The position numbers were made by a program, and so were the translations under genes. A stretch of DNA of 64,000 nucleotides from Dendrobates tinctorius. Taxonomy: Eukaryota. The stretch's first letter is position 1. The number at the start of each line of letters is the position of its first letter. The notes beneath the pieces are model-generated. The model ran no database searches, had not been told where the DNA came from, and saw only the letters and a list, made by a program, of their open reading frames with translations. Of the stretch, positions 14,546-27,479 are shown one piece after another. The stretch is from the NCBI RefSeq assembly GCF_039654945.1, contig NW_027362117.1, positions 434,001 to 498,000 of the forward strand. Direction: 5' to 3'.

Positions 14546-14940
14546 ATCTGTTGTCTATTCCATTTGCACAGCAGCTTGTGAAATTGATTGTCAGTCAGTG
14601 TGGCTTCCTAAGTGGACAGTTTGATTTCACAGAAGTTTCATTTACTTGGAGTTATATTCTGTTGTTTAAGTGTTCCCTTTATTTTTTTGAGCAGTGTGTA
14701 ATAGCGCTATTCAGTGCTTACCTCGATCTCACTGCAGCCTCCTGATCTCACATCCAGTAAGGTTGGTAGATTTCTCTCCCCTGTCCACCTATTTCATATT
14801 GCCACCTACACCAGCAGCTTTATATCATATTTCTGGTCTCCGGGACTCCTGTACTCTCTCTTTACCATTTACCTCTCCTGATCTTCTACCTGAGGTTAGT
14901 AATGGCCGCTTTATCTCTGTTTGCCTCATGCCTCCATCAC

Positions 14941-17275
14941 CCTGTACCTACGGTATTTTATTTGATTTCATGGTTTATTTTGCCGTTCTCCTATGATCGC
15001 CCCATGTGAATACATGAGATCTCGAGTGCGACTGTTTATGTGTCGGATTCCGTTTTGTGGACCAGATCCACGTTCAGTCTGCACCTTTATCGTCATTTTC
15101 CCTTCGGCTGCATTTCAGGAGGGGCTGCACCTGCTCCCCAAATGCCGTCCAATACGGCCTCATCCAGGATCTTATCCAAAGTAACAACCTCAGGTGATTT
15201 TCTTAAAACTCCTGTTCTGGAACTTCGCACCAGAGATTATGAGAGAGAACGAAGACGACTGATATCGTATGGTCTACGACCCCGGCCGAGTACTATGCAC
15301 TCAGCAGAATCCCACGGGGCTTGAGGCGCCATCTGAGACCAACCCTGCCCTCCAATAAACCAGAGTTCTGCGAGAGATTTAAGCAGATCCTCAGCAAGTG
15401 CTCCCTTGATATCATATTATTAACTATTGACTCTCTTCAGCTACTTCTGAAACAACACAATAAATAACTTCCATAGAGGAACAGCTCACTTCAACCCTCT
15501 CTACTACGGATTGGCAGAGTTAAAAAACAAAAACAGACAAGACCACAGAGGAACATCGTAAGGTCTTACAGGAAAAGAACAGAGTAAAATTCCAGAGAGA
15601 CTCTGACGATTAAACCCAAGACCGGGAGTATGAATGGAACAATTCAATCTATACAGGATCCCGGCGAGGAAACTACAAGACGTCCAGGCTCCTACAGCAC
15701 GGACAGCGACAGCTCTACCAGCGGCATTTCCCAGAACCGACAGCCAACAAGATACAACGCCCGTACTACAGGAGGAGACCGAAGCGGGGGGCCGCCCGTA
15801 AACACCGCAGAGCGAATGGCAAGATCGCAGGTAAGCCTCCCAACTCGGTGTTCAACGTATCCTCCTGCACCCTCAGCCCAGCAGAGCTAGCGGTCCTTCA
15901 ACGGGGCTCATCCTTTTGCCCCACTCCTCCATGGGACAATGTGCCAGCACCTCCAGAATTTCTACCGGAATATCCAACTGAAGACTCATTTTGGACTTGA
16001 GAATAAAACAACCAGGAACAGAGTCTCTCCAATAGGGGGGAACCCCCGCTCCCGAACGGTCAACCTCTGAATTTGGTTTACGTAACCCTAGTAATCTTTA
16101 TCCTCCACATACTCATCATGATACCGAGGCTTTGACCTCATCCACAGGGATATAGTCCAGATCTTAGAGCAACACCATAAAGGGTTATTACCAACACACA
16201 ACATGACCTCTATCGAAAAACGGGCTATTGACTCCCTTACCAATAATAAACAAATAGTAATCCAACCCGCCGATAAAGGAGGAGCTGTTGGTGTTCAGAA
16301 CCAAACTGACCATACCAATGAAATTCTTTGTCAGTTCTCTGACACCTCCACATACAAAAAAATCCCCCGTGACCCTACTCCAGAGATAGGAACCAAAATA
16401 GAAGTTCTCATGAGACACTTGGCCCTTAATACCATTGACTCAAAGACGGTAACATCCTTAACAAATCAACACCCGGTTACTTCTATACATTATCCAAAAT
16501 TCACAAATCCCTAAACCACCCGCCTGGCCGTCCCATAGTAGCCTCAACAGACTCCATCTTGGCCCCAATCTCCATTTTTCTAGAAAAGATTTTGACTCCA
16601 CTTACAAAAAAAAAAACAATTCTTTTATTCTGGATACAGGCCATTTCCTGAGCACCATAAGCCAATTCTCTAATATACCTCCTGATGTCTTGATGTCAAG
16701 AGTTTACCTCCACTGACCATGACGAAGGTATCGAGGCGGCTCGGAAACGTCTCCATTCATCTGGCCTCACTGATAATCCTGTTCACCTGTGCCTGGATCT
16801 TCTGTCTATAGTTCTAAGGGGAAACTTCATCCTGTTTGGAGACCAATGTTACCTGCAGACACGAGGGACAGCGATGGGTGCCAACATTGCCCCCGCTGAT
16901 TCCTATATGGATGATTTTGAGCGCTCCTATGTCTACAATAACACCTTATTCACATTATATAGCAAACCCTGGCTTCGCCTCATTGATGACATCTTTTGCT
17001 TGTGGATGGCCGCCCTGAGGAGTTACATACCTTTATTGAATACCTCACCGCTCTCAGACCCGAGTTACAGTTTACATTGAATTGGAAAAGTTCCCAAATC
17101 TCCTTCTTAGACACTATGGTAATTCAGGACAATAGGGAGACGCTAACTTCTGATATTTTCATTAACCCCACAGATACCAATAATCTTCTTTACTATACCA
17201 GCGGCCACCCCAGCTCCACTCACCACAGCCCACCCGCCCTCAACTCACACCAGGTAGGAGAATAGGATCAGACCT
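14941..17275 (+). mobile_element. Degenerate Penelope-like retroelement (RT region, 3'-truncated)
   Basis: Broken frames with PADKGGAV, PPGRPIV, TAMGANIAP, WLRLIDDIF, ISFLDT and PTDTNNLLYYTSGHP; no GIY-YIG domain seen. Confidence 0.85.
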
Positions 17276-18059
17276 AAGCTTAGTCTGTTCCCGCCGGGAT
17301 GAGGAGCCGTGTAAGGTCAAGAGAAAGCAGGAGGACCCCGACCCACCCAACCGTCCGACCCCGGAGACAGCGAGTCCCACTAGCCCACGCGCACCCTCCT
17401 GTACAGCCCGCGGTATCATTAGGGAGCATGCTCTGATCGGGACCCGACCCCCACATTGGAGCTTTACTGTACCAGCACTTAGGTGCAAACGACGTCCAAA
17501 ACCTACCAGGGAAGATGTGGGGAGGGGCGACCAAACCACCAAGACAGAGCGCTATGGGAGCCGAGCGCCCCCGTCCCCTGCGGGCAATGTCCAGCTGGTG
17601 TAACCTGATCAGCGGGGCGGAGGGTGAGGACGTCACCGCGGCTCGGGGGGGGCTTACACCTGAAACGCCATTCCAGTGCTAAAAGAAAAAAAACCCGAAC
17701 CGCTGAAGTAAATGAAACTCCGCTGGTCGGGGCGAGCTGTGGGCTGGTGGCAGCGCTGCTTCTTGTCCCACTCCAGCCCACCTGGACCCCACCAGCGCCC
17801 GGCATCCAGGGGGAGACAGACGGCTGTGGGGGCAGCATGATGAAGGCGCCGATGCTCTGGGTGGTGCAGACCCCGACACAGGCTGGAATCCGTCCTGCGC
17901 CCCCGGACGCCCTCATACCCAGAGCGCACAGATTCTGAGCATTAAAGGGATTTTCCTTTTTTTTTTTTTAAATAACCCAGACCCCGGCTTCCTTACGGTT
18001 TCCACCCTGCCTGCTGACTGTGACTGTGCCCTTTCATTTTTCCCTTTTCACACGCGATA

Positions 18060-18420
18060 TCATCATTACCACATGACGTATCCATACACTAACCGTGGCG
18101 GCAGCTCTGGCTCTGCACATGCGCACGACTGCTCCATGGCCACTCCTGAGGACTTCAGCTCCCAGACGTCTGTGCGGTGGATGTTGCGCATGCGTGCTGC
18201 GTGTTTGTGCGTTGCGCAGCTGGTGACGTTGACGGGTGGAAGTGTCCGGCGGCCTCCCCGGAACAGGCCGGGACCGGAGCGGGAGAGCGGCCGGAGCGCG
18301 AGCACCGGGGGCGGAACCGAGGAGACCAGTGTAGGGGCACAGGCGGCGGGGCCGGAAATAGGGGGACGAATTACTGGGGGCACCTAGAACGGGAAGTTGA
18401 TGGTGCGGGCTGTACAGGGG
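18060..18420 (+). promoter_or_regulatory. CpG-rich putative TMEM115 promoter
   Basis: High CpG density; NRF1-like TGCGCATGCG at ~18185; ETS-like CCGGAA motifs; GC boxes upstream of the TMEM115 ATG. Confidence 0.6.
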
Positions 18421-18557
18421 AGGCAACAGGCGGCTCTATAGGGGGCGGCATAGGGGCCGCTGGTGGTGGGGGCCCCACAGCAGCTTCTCCCACAGGTTCT
18501 AGAGGGGCACCGTATAGAGTCACATGGTGCTGGGGACGTCACACGGGCGGGATTGGG

Positions 18558-18870
18558 GTCACCCTGCATCTAGGACCCTCTATAGGGACAGTTCTGAGGT
18601 CACGCTGTATTTAGGACCCTCTATAGGGGCAGTTTTGGGTCACACTGTATTTAGGACCCTCTATAAGTGCAGTTTTGGGGTCACCATACCTCTAGGACCC
18701 TCTATAAGGGCAGTTTTGGGGTCAGTCTGCATCTAGGACCCTCTATAGGGGCAGTTTTGGGGTCACCATACCTCTAGGACCCTCTATAAGGGCAGTTTTG
18801 GGGTCACCCTGCATCTAGGACCCTTCACCGGGGCAGTGTGTGGGTCCCTGTATTTAGGACCCTCTGTACA
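18558..18870. repeat. ~41-bp minisatellite (TAGGACCCTCTATAGGGGCAGTTTTGGGGTCACC...)
   Basis: About 7 diverged tandem units. Confidence 0.85.
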
Positions 18871-18999
18871 GGGCACAGTTTAGACCTTGCAGGAGGATTG
18901 GAGTTGCACTTCCCATACCCAGGGGCTCCTCTCGTTCAGTGAGGGTGTCGGGGCAGGGTGACCCCAGGTTCGGTCATTAGTGGCCCGGTCAGTGCCGCC

Positions 19000-19841
19000 A
19001 TGCTGCGCTCCATCCCTGCTAACCGCCTGGTGTTGGCGCTGTCCGGGAGCAGCGTGCTGGTGAAGTGCCTGTGGGGGGCGGTCGTCCTCCTTTACCTTCT
19101 CTCCTTCTGGGTGGACAGCGCTCACGTTCTGGCCATCACCCCTGGACTGCTGCTGCCCCCCAATCTGTGGCTGTGGACGCTGGTGACGCACGGACTGGTG
19201 GAGCTGCACCTCTGGGACGTCCTGGTCAACCTGCTGCTGACGCTGGGGGCCGGACGCCGGCTGGAGCCGCTGTGGGGGGCCCCGGAGCTGCTCCTGTTCT
19301 ATGGGGTGGTCAGCCTGTCTGTGGGGGTCCTGAGCTCCCTCTTCTTCTTGGTGGCCTACGCTGCCACCTCTGACCTGCACTTCCTCTTCTCTGCCCGGGT
19401 CCACGGCTTTCCAGCTTTTGCCGGCGCCGTCCTGGTGGCTCATAAACAGACGATTGGAGACGGGCTGGTGGAGCCTCAGCGCTGGGTGCGGCTGCTTCCT
19501 CAGCTGGCACTGCTGGGGGTTGTAGTCCTGACGGTGGCCGGGCTGATCCCGGGGCAGATGCTGGTGGGGTACAGTCTGGGGCTGCTGTCCGGATGGGTGT
19601 ACCTGCGCTTCTACCAGAGACACAGCCGTGGCCGGGGAGACATGTCCGACCACTTCTCCTTTGCCAGCTTCTTCCCAGTGCCCCTGCAGCCCGCCGCTGC
19701 ACTTCTTGGGACCCTCACACATGCCGGCCTGGTGAAGTTACGTCTCTGCCCCCGGGCCGTCAAGAGATATGACGTGGGCGCGCCATCCTCCATCACCATC
19801 AGCTTACCGGGCACCGACCCCCAAGACGCCGAACGCAGGAG
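19000..19841 (+). CDS. TMEM115: Transmembrane protein 115, coding exon 1
   Basis: GCCGCCATG Kozak; WVYLRFYQRHSRGRGDMSDHFSFASFFP and YDVGAPSSITISLPGTDPQDAERR; donor AG|GTAAAA. Confidence 0.96.
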
Positions 19842-20912
19842 GTAAAAACACAACTTTCTCATAGTCTGGACGTTACTTCTCAATGTTTCTGCTTGTTGTC
19901 AGTGAGTGGAAGCATTGCTGGTTATACAGATGTGATGCTTGTCACAGCTGAGTGTTTGCTGCAATGTATCTAGTGGAGATCCAGTGTATCGGTCCGTCTA
20001 CCCTACAGGATGGATACACAGTAACAAACCCTCAGCGCAATGACATGACCAGTAATTCCAGAATGTTCTCTGGTTACGCCTTCCTTCCAGTGTGTCATGT
20101 GCTGAGAGTTTTCAGGTTTCTGATATATACAGGAATGTTCGTTCATTGACAGCGAGCAGAGGTAATGAATACTGAGAAATGGACGATTACCTGCACTACG
20201 GCCATCGCTGTGCAGGGAGCTGTTAACCCGACTTTCCCAGAGTCCAGAATGGCCGGTCTGTGGTGCAGCAGAGGCAACGGAGAGGGGGCGCCGTTGGGGC
20301 GGTAATGGCAGCCATATTGGTTGTTGCCCAGCATTCCTGGACGCACACAGGGGGCAGAGCGTGGCCGATGACTGCAGTTTCTGGTGGGCCCTGGGGCCGA
20401 CGCTTCACGCTCGGGATGATCTTTTCTTGTGCATGAAGCCGTTCAGCGGATGATTAATAAGATTTGTCAGCGCCCCCCGGGGGGCATTTCCTGCCTAGGC
20501 AGAGAACATGGAGGGGCTCTCTGTAACCCCCCCCCCCCTGGACAGGAGACTCTAAAAGACCTCAGAAGAAAGCATTGGCCGGTGTCTGGTGAAGCTCTAA
20601 GCCCCCGCGGCACCGTTAGTGCGGCCTGGTGGGTTTATTAGAGGTCAGGGAGGGGGGCTGGCTGCGCTTAAACGGAAAGTGGCAAACAATCTCATGTTAT
20701 ATATAAAACTACAAGGAAAAGTCAGTGGGACTACACTACAATGCGTGCTCAGCCTGTCATGTTTCTATGCACTGACCGCAAGCAGAGACCTTGAAAGTGA
20801 GACATTTATACAATCTATAAGGAGCTGTAGAATTATAATGAAATGTTTACTGGCTTCAGACTGGACGCCGGCGCTTTAAATAAAAGTTGAGCAGCTTTTT
20901 TACTTTCCTTAA

Positions 20913-21363
20913 AGGGAATCTGTCCCCCCCTTTTTTCGAGATATCGTATAATGATAGCAGTCAGTTGTGTGTCACATAAGGATTCTCTTAGTACTTTTGC
21001 TTCCCCCTGACCCCGCACCTTTCATGCATAAATACCTTCTTTATATCAGTTCAGATGTATGTAAACTGCCGCTGTCCGCTGGGCGGGGATTATTCACCTG
21101 CTCCCCCCCCCCCCCCCTCCTGTCTTGCTCTACACAAGAAGAAATGCGCTAAGCAAGACGGGGGGGGGGGGGGGGAGCAGGTGAATAAGCCCCGCCCAGC
21201 GGACCGTGGCAGATTACATACATCTGAACCAATATAAAAAAGGTATTTATGCATGAGAGGTGCGGGGTCAGGGGGAAGCAAAAGCACTAAGAGAATCCTT
21301 ATGTGACACACAACTGAATGATATCATTATATGAGATCTCAAAAAAGGGGGGACAGATTCCCT
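20913..21363. mobile_element. Fully palindromic TTAA-targeting MITE (T2/Kolobok-like)
   Basis: TTAA-AGGGAATCTGTCCCCCC ... GGGGGGACAGATTCCCT-TTAA; the two halves are reverse complements around ~21140. Confidence 0.9.
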
Positions 21364-21367
21364 TTAA

Positions 21368-21965
21368 AGTGAACACGTCAGCAGGTTTGTTCCATATAAG
21401 ACCACCACCTATCAGCCCTGAGATACAGCAGTCTAATATTCTGTATATCTGCCCCCGATCTGGCCTTTTATTCAGGTGGTCCCATACCATGGACATCGCC
21501 GTCTTGGTCCGGCTCCTCTTCTCTTCTTGCGATGCTGTCCTCCTTCTTGCTTTGTGTGGATGATACATCCTATGTCATCCACACAGCGTCCCCGGTATCA
21601 CGTTCCTGCACAGGCGTATGCACGACTGCAGTGCACATGTGCCAGGGCCCTTTGACCTTTCCTGGCGCATGCACAGGGCAGTGTGTTGCTCTGGCCTCGG
21701 CAGGGCAGACCACATACGTTTACAGAGGAGCATGATGCCGGGGAGACGCTGGATGACGTGGGACGCATGATCCACACGAAGCAAGGAGGGGGACGGCATG
21801 GCAAAAGAGGAGGCGACACCCCTCGGACCGTCCCACAGGGGAGTATGAGTGTTTTTTCTCGTCTTGCAGGCCGCAGTGGGGGCAAATATGCAGAATATTA
21901 GACTGCTGTATATCAGGGCTGAAAGGTGGTGGCCACATCTCATATGGGACCAACCTGGTGATTCC
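21368..21965. mobile_element. Second TTAA-type MITE abutting the first
   Basis: ~90-bp imperfect inverted termini (CCACCACCTATCAGCCCTGAGATACAGCAGTCTAATATTCTG / CAGAATATTAGACTGCTGTATATCAGGGCTGAAAGGTGGTGG); right tip eroded. Confidence 0.7.
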
Positions 21966-22034
21966 GCCGTTTGGGGTGTATGGATAGATGCTGGCGGGTG
22001 ATCACCCTCTGACTTCTCCCCTCGTCCTCTGCAG

Positions 22035-22227
22035 GCAGCTGGCGCTGAAGGCGCTGAACGAGCGGTTGAAGCGAGTAGAAGACCAGACATCATGGCCGAG
22101 CATGGAGGAAGAGGAGGAGGAAGACGACGAAGCGTCACATGAGACGTCCTTCAGTAGCAGCGCTGGTGGTAAAGCAGATACTCCAGCCGCCCAGGAGCCG
22201 AGCGCAGCAGCAGCACCCATGGTATAA
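22035..22227 (+). CDS. TMEM115: Transmembrane protein 115, coding exon 2
   Basis: Acceptor CTCTGCAG|G; RQLALKALNERLKRVEDQTSWPSM plus acidic tract; 842+193=1035 nt in frame, stop TAA. Confidence 0.95.
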
Positions 22228-22844
22228 CCTGTCTGCGGGCACTGCCTGCTATCGGCCAGCCGCCATCCAGCGCACAGTGCCACCTCCTAGAGGAGCAGGA
22301 CATGGACACACTACACGTCCTGCAGGGGTCCGCCACCATCACTATTGGTATTACATTGTTTGCACGGTGGACCCCGCAGCGCCCCATGGACCCATCAGCC
22401 AGCTCCGCTCCCAGCACCTCCCCTCCCCATTCTCAGAGTCCTCCGATAACACTACCAAAATCGGGGGTAGTACTTATATATGGGACGTGCCATCACGATG
22501 GACGACCCCCCACAACACTTGTGTGGTGGGAGACTGAACCCGAGCACAGGGGAGCTCGCTGAAGACTGCGCCACGCCAGCGGGTGGTGATCTGCTGGACC
22601 TTGGGAAAGAACTCATTCCTCTTGGAGGATTTTCATTTTCTGGTCCGGGGATGTAAATGTTCATATTTTTCTGTCTGGATTAAACTTTTTTGAAAAATTA
22701 TTCAATTGTGTTTATCTGACCCCGACACATTCAGTGGTCTCATGGGTATAGTGCTGATCCAGGAGCAATGGATAGGGCGGGGGTCCGAAAAGGCCAAACT
22801 GATCAGAACGTAGCGGAAAAACTCAACAACCAGACAAGCCAGCA

Positions 22845-23189
22845 ACATTACTTATCAGGTATTGTACTCCAGAGCTGCACTCACTATTCTGCTGGTGCAG
22901 TCACTGTGTACATACATTACTGATCCTGAGTTACATACTGTATTATACCCCAGAGCTGCACTCACTATTCTGCTGGTGCAGTCACTGTGTACATACATTA
23001 CATTACTGATCCTGAGTTACCTCCTGTATTATACTCCAGAGCTGCACTCACTCTTCTGCTGGTGCAGTCACTGTGTACATACATTACATTACTGATCTTG
23101 AGTTACATACTGTATTATACTCCAGAGCTGCACTCCCTATTCTGCTGGTGCAGTCACTGTATACATACATACATTACTAATCCTGATCC
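22845..23189. repeat. ~85-bp satellite, left part
   Basis: CCAGAGCTGCACTCACTATTCTGCTGGTGCAGTCACTGTGTACATACATTACATTACTGATCCTGAGTTAC units. Confidence 0.95.
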
Positions 23190-23572
23190 TTTTGGAAGTG
23201 CATTGAGCAGCAGGGTGGTTTACTGGTAAAAGGGAAAAAAAAAAATCTTTTAAATCTTCTGCCTGAGCGAGTGTGACCTGAGCATAAGTGCGAACTGTGG
23301 TGTGTGACTTGAGATTCAGTGACTTTGGATTCAGGGAGTTTCCAAGGGAGGTACTACTGAATTGCTGTTATATTTTATTAATACTTTTTATTTATTTTTG
23401 CTTATCTTATTGTCTGGTGCAATCCCCATTAGGATGTGCTCCACTGTTGCCAGTGCCATCCAGTGCACGACTTGCTGCATGTATGAAATCCTTGAACAGC
23501 CGGTGGAGGGTGCATACTGCTGTGCGAGATGTGAGCACGTTGTGCATTTGGAAGCCCAGATACTGGATCTAA

Positions 23573-23699
23573 TGGAAGTCTTCAAACAGAGGCTGGACAG
23601 ACATCTAACTGGGATGATTTAGCGAATCCTGCTTTGAGCAGGGGGTTGGACCAGATGGCCCAGGAGGTCCCTTCCAACTCTACGATTCTATGATTCTAA
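23573..23699 (+). mobile_element. 127-bp 3' end of another CR1 family (same family as 11924-14545)
   Basis: Near-identical to the reverse complement of 11924-12045; tail CTACGATTCTATGATTCTA; TCTAA repeated at both junctions; splits ORF1 at QILDL|NVQL. Confidence 0.9.
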
Positions 23700-25674
23700 A
23701 TGTGCAGCTGGCAACACTGAGATGCATAGACAATATGGAAAGGAGTCTTCTGCTCACTGAGCAGACGCTCACTGGGATAGATGGGGGGGGGATGCTAGGT
23801 TGGAGCTGCAGGACAATGAAGCAGCTAGCTGGGTGACAGTTAGAAGGCGGGGTAGAGGGAAGAGCGCCAGGGAGGCTAGTCCTGATCTGGCACACCCCAA
23901 TAAGTTGGCAGATGAGGGGAGTGTTAGTGCAGGAGTAGCACCGCTGCAGCAAGGCATGTCCTCTGAAAGCCGGAGGAGTGTCTGCTCCAGTAAGGGGGGA
24001 AATAGGAGAGCAGGGCAGGCCAGACAGGTGCTGGTAGTGGGAGACTCAATTATTAGGGGAACAGATAGGGCAATCTGTCACAAAGACAGGGATCGTCGGA
24101 CGGTGTGCTGCCTACATGGCGCTCGAGTCCGACACATCGCTGATCAGGCTGACAGATTACTGGGAGGGGCTGGAGAGGATCCAGCGGTCATGGTGCACAT
24201 TGGCACAAATGACAAAGTTAGAGGTAGGTGGAAGGTCCTTAAAGATGATTTCAGGGAATTAGGCTGCAAGCTTAACCCCTTCACGACCTTTGACGCCACG
24301 TAGGCGTCATGAAAAGTCGTGGCAAAACGACCCATGACGCCTATGTGGCGTCATGAAAAGATCTCCCTCCTGCGGGTCGGGTGAGCGGGTTCAATGAAAG
24401 TTCACCCGACCCGCCGATACAAGGGGATCTAGACTTGACCCCAGGGGGGGTGACTTCGCCCTCTCGGGGATACGATCACTCCCAGTGACCTTTTTGTCAC
24501 CCCCCTCGCATCTGATTGGAGCTAGCGTCCTTGTGACACTAGCCCTCCAATCAGATGTGGAGGGGCGGGGTAAAATCATGGCTGCCTCGTTCCTCAACTT
24601 CATCCTGTCCGTGGAAGCTGAGGAACGAGGTGCCAGACTGCCGCCGTGACCTGTGATCGCCGCCGCTGCCACCACTGCCTTCCAGTAGTAAAACGCTCTC
24701 CGCCGCCGCCTAATTCCAGCCCCTCCCACCTCTGCTCACTCACCCCTGCCCCCTGATCCTCCCCCAGCACCCCCGATCTCCCCAGCACTCCCGATCATCC
24801 ACCTGCTGTTACCTCTTCTGCGAGCTCCTCAGCCACCTACTGCCTCCTGTGCCTGAGAGCCCCAGTAATCACCCTCATTAACCCATGCCCCCCTCATTAA
24901 CCACTGCTGCTGCAGGTTCTTCTATTTCTTTATCTCCTCAGCCACCTCCTGCCCCCGCCGGTGCCTGACAAGCCCCCCTCTGCCCCTGGTGATCCCCCAG
25001 CACCCCTGATCATCCCCCAGCACCCCCGATCTCCCCCAGCACCCCCGATCTCCCCCAGCACCCCCGATTATCCACCTGCTGTTTCCACGTCTGCGAGCTC
25101 CTCAGCCGCCTACTGCCTCCTGTGCCTGAGAGCCCCCTCCTGTGCCCCAGTGATCACCATCATTAACCCCTGCCCCCCTGATCAACCCCTGCTGCAGGTT
25201 TTTTTATTTCCTTATCTCCTCAGCCACCTCCTGCTCCCCGGTGCCTGACAGCCCCCCTCTGCCCCTGGTGATCCCCCAGCACCCCTGATCATCCCCATGC
25301 ACCCCTGATCACCCCCTGCACCTCTGATCATCCCCATGCACCCCTGATCACCCCCACTGTTGCTGCCGCCGCTGGTTCCGTCTCCACCTAATTCTCAGCG
25401 CCCTCCTGCGCCTGACAGCCCCTTTCTGCCCCTGGTGACCATCCCCCAGCCCCAGTGATCACCCCTGATCACCCCCCTGCTGCTGCCGCTGGTTCCATCT
25501 CCATTTCCATCTCAGTCCCCTCCTGCCCCCCGCGCGCCTGACAGTCCCCTCCTGCCCCCCACGCGCCTGACTGTCCCTTCCTGACAGTCCGTTCCTCCAG
25601 TAAAAAGTTTCACCAAACACTCGCACATACACTCGCACACTATAATAAAGGATTTTTACATACGCACACGCACA

Positions 25675-27447
25675 ATGTCCCAGTCATCCCAGTCCCAAAG
25701 GGTCTACTCAGTTGAGGAGGCCTATGAAATTATTGCCTCTGATACTGATAGTGAGAGAGATGACCCCACCTTTCTCTATTCCTCCCACGCTTCCTCTTCC
25801 AGCGACACAGACTTGCCACCACCGAGATGTCGCAGGACGAGAAATCGTCCGGAGCCCAGGGAGGAAGAGTCGGAGGCCTTAGAGGAAGAGTCGGGTATCT
25901 TGGAGGAAGTCTCACAGCCAAGTGTGAGTTTCCCCCAACCTAGTGCTAGTGACGCCCAACCTAGCACTAGGTCTCCCTCCTGGACCCCCGTCCCTGAAAA
26001 TTTTGCTCCACGGATTCCTGATTTTGTTCCCCAATCAGGAATCCAGTTTGAGACTGCCAACTTCAGGGAAATAGACTTTTTCAAAGTCTTTTTCTCGGAG
26101 TCAATCGTCAGTCTCATGGTGGAGCAAACAAACTTGTATGCCCAACAATTTTTGGCGGAACACCCAATTTCTTCATTCTCTACTTGGAGTCCTGTGGACT
26201 CTGTAGAAATGATTAAATATTGGGGACTGGTCCTTCACATGGGGATTGTTAAGAAACCAGAAATTCGCCAATACTGGAGTACTGATATTTTATATCAAAC
26301 TCCAGTATTTGGCATGGTGATGACTCGGAAACGGTTTGAGGCGATTCATAAATTTCTTCATTTCAGGGACAACACTGAAATCCTTCCCCGCGATGACCCG
26401 AATTTTGATAGACTGTTCAAAATTCGGCCAGTCGTCGAACACTTCAACAATAAGTTTGCTGAAGTGTACATTCCCGAAAGGGAAATTTGTGTGGATGAAT
26501 CCCTCATCCACTTCAAAGGGAGGCTTCAGTTCCGTTAGTACCTGCCCAGCAAAAGGGCGAGGTACGGGATGAAACTCTACAAGCTGTGTGAGAGTACCTC
26601 AGGGTACACGCTCAGCTTTAGAGTTTACCAAGGGAAGGACACCAGGATCCAGCCCCCAGAATGTCCACCTGCTCTGGGGGTGAGTGGGAAAACAGTGTGG
26701 GATTTGGTCCACCCTCTGCTTGATAAAGGTATCCATCTGTACGTTGATAACTTTTATACAAGCATCACACTATTTCAATCCCTCTCTGCCAGAGCTACCG
26801 TCGCTTGCGGTACCGTGCGCAGAAACCAGAGGTGTCTCCCTTTGCCGCTAATTGAGCAGCCTCTCCGAAAGGGTGAGACTCGAGCCCAATGTAGTGGCAA
26901 CATGCTTGTGGTCAAGTTCAAAGACAAAAGAGATGTCTTTGTCTTGACCACAATCCATGGTCCCGGCACCACCATTCGAGGTACCCCAGCACCGGTCCAC
27001 AAACCGGACTGTGTCCTGGCGTACAACCATCACATGGGGGGAGTTGATCTTTCTGATCAAGTCCTCCAGCCCTATAGTGCCATGCGGAAAGCGAAGGTGT
27101 GGTACAAAAAACTGGCTGTGTACCTCGTACAAATGGCACTGTATAACGCATGCGTGCTATCACGATGTGCAGGCCAGAACCACTCCTTCCTTGATTTCCA
27201 GGAGGCTGTGATAAAGGCCATGATTTTTGGAGAGGAGGACGGAGCACGCCCCAGCACCCCTGGAACTCAAGTTTCCCGTATGGTACCAGGGCAACATTTT
27301 CCCCGTGAGGAGAGAAAAAAAAGGTGCCGGGTGTGCTATAAAAGGGGGACAAGAAGGGAAACTCGTTTCCAATGTGAAACGTGTCCCGACAAACCCGGAC
27401 TGTGTTTGAATGAATGCTTCAGAATTCATCACACGTCCATGGACTAA
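25675..27447 (+). pseudogene. piggyBac (PGBD4-like) transposase with one in-frame TAG at 26536-26538
   Basis: The two ORFs share a frame (590 codons); CVDES, YVDNFY, MGGVDLSD triad; C-terminal Cys-rich CRVC..CETC..C..C..H. Confidence 0.93.
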
Positions 27448-27479
27448 ACACATCCTGACACTCCACTACAGAACTCACC

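Noticed and set aside
18958-18999. ORF-track start for TMEM115 at 18958
   Set aside because: It is a GTG; the ATG at 19000 has a strong Kozak context and matches the orthologue N-terminus
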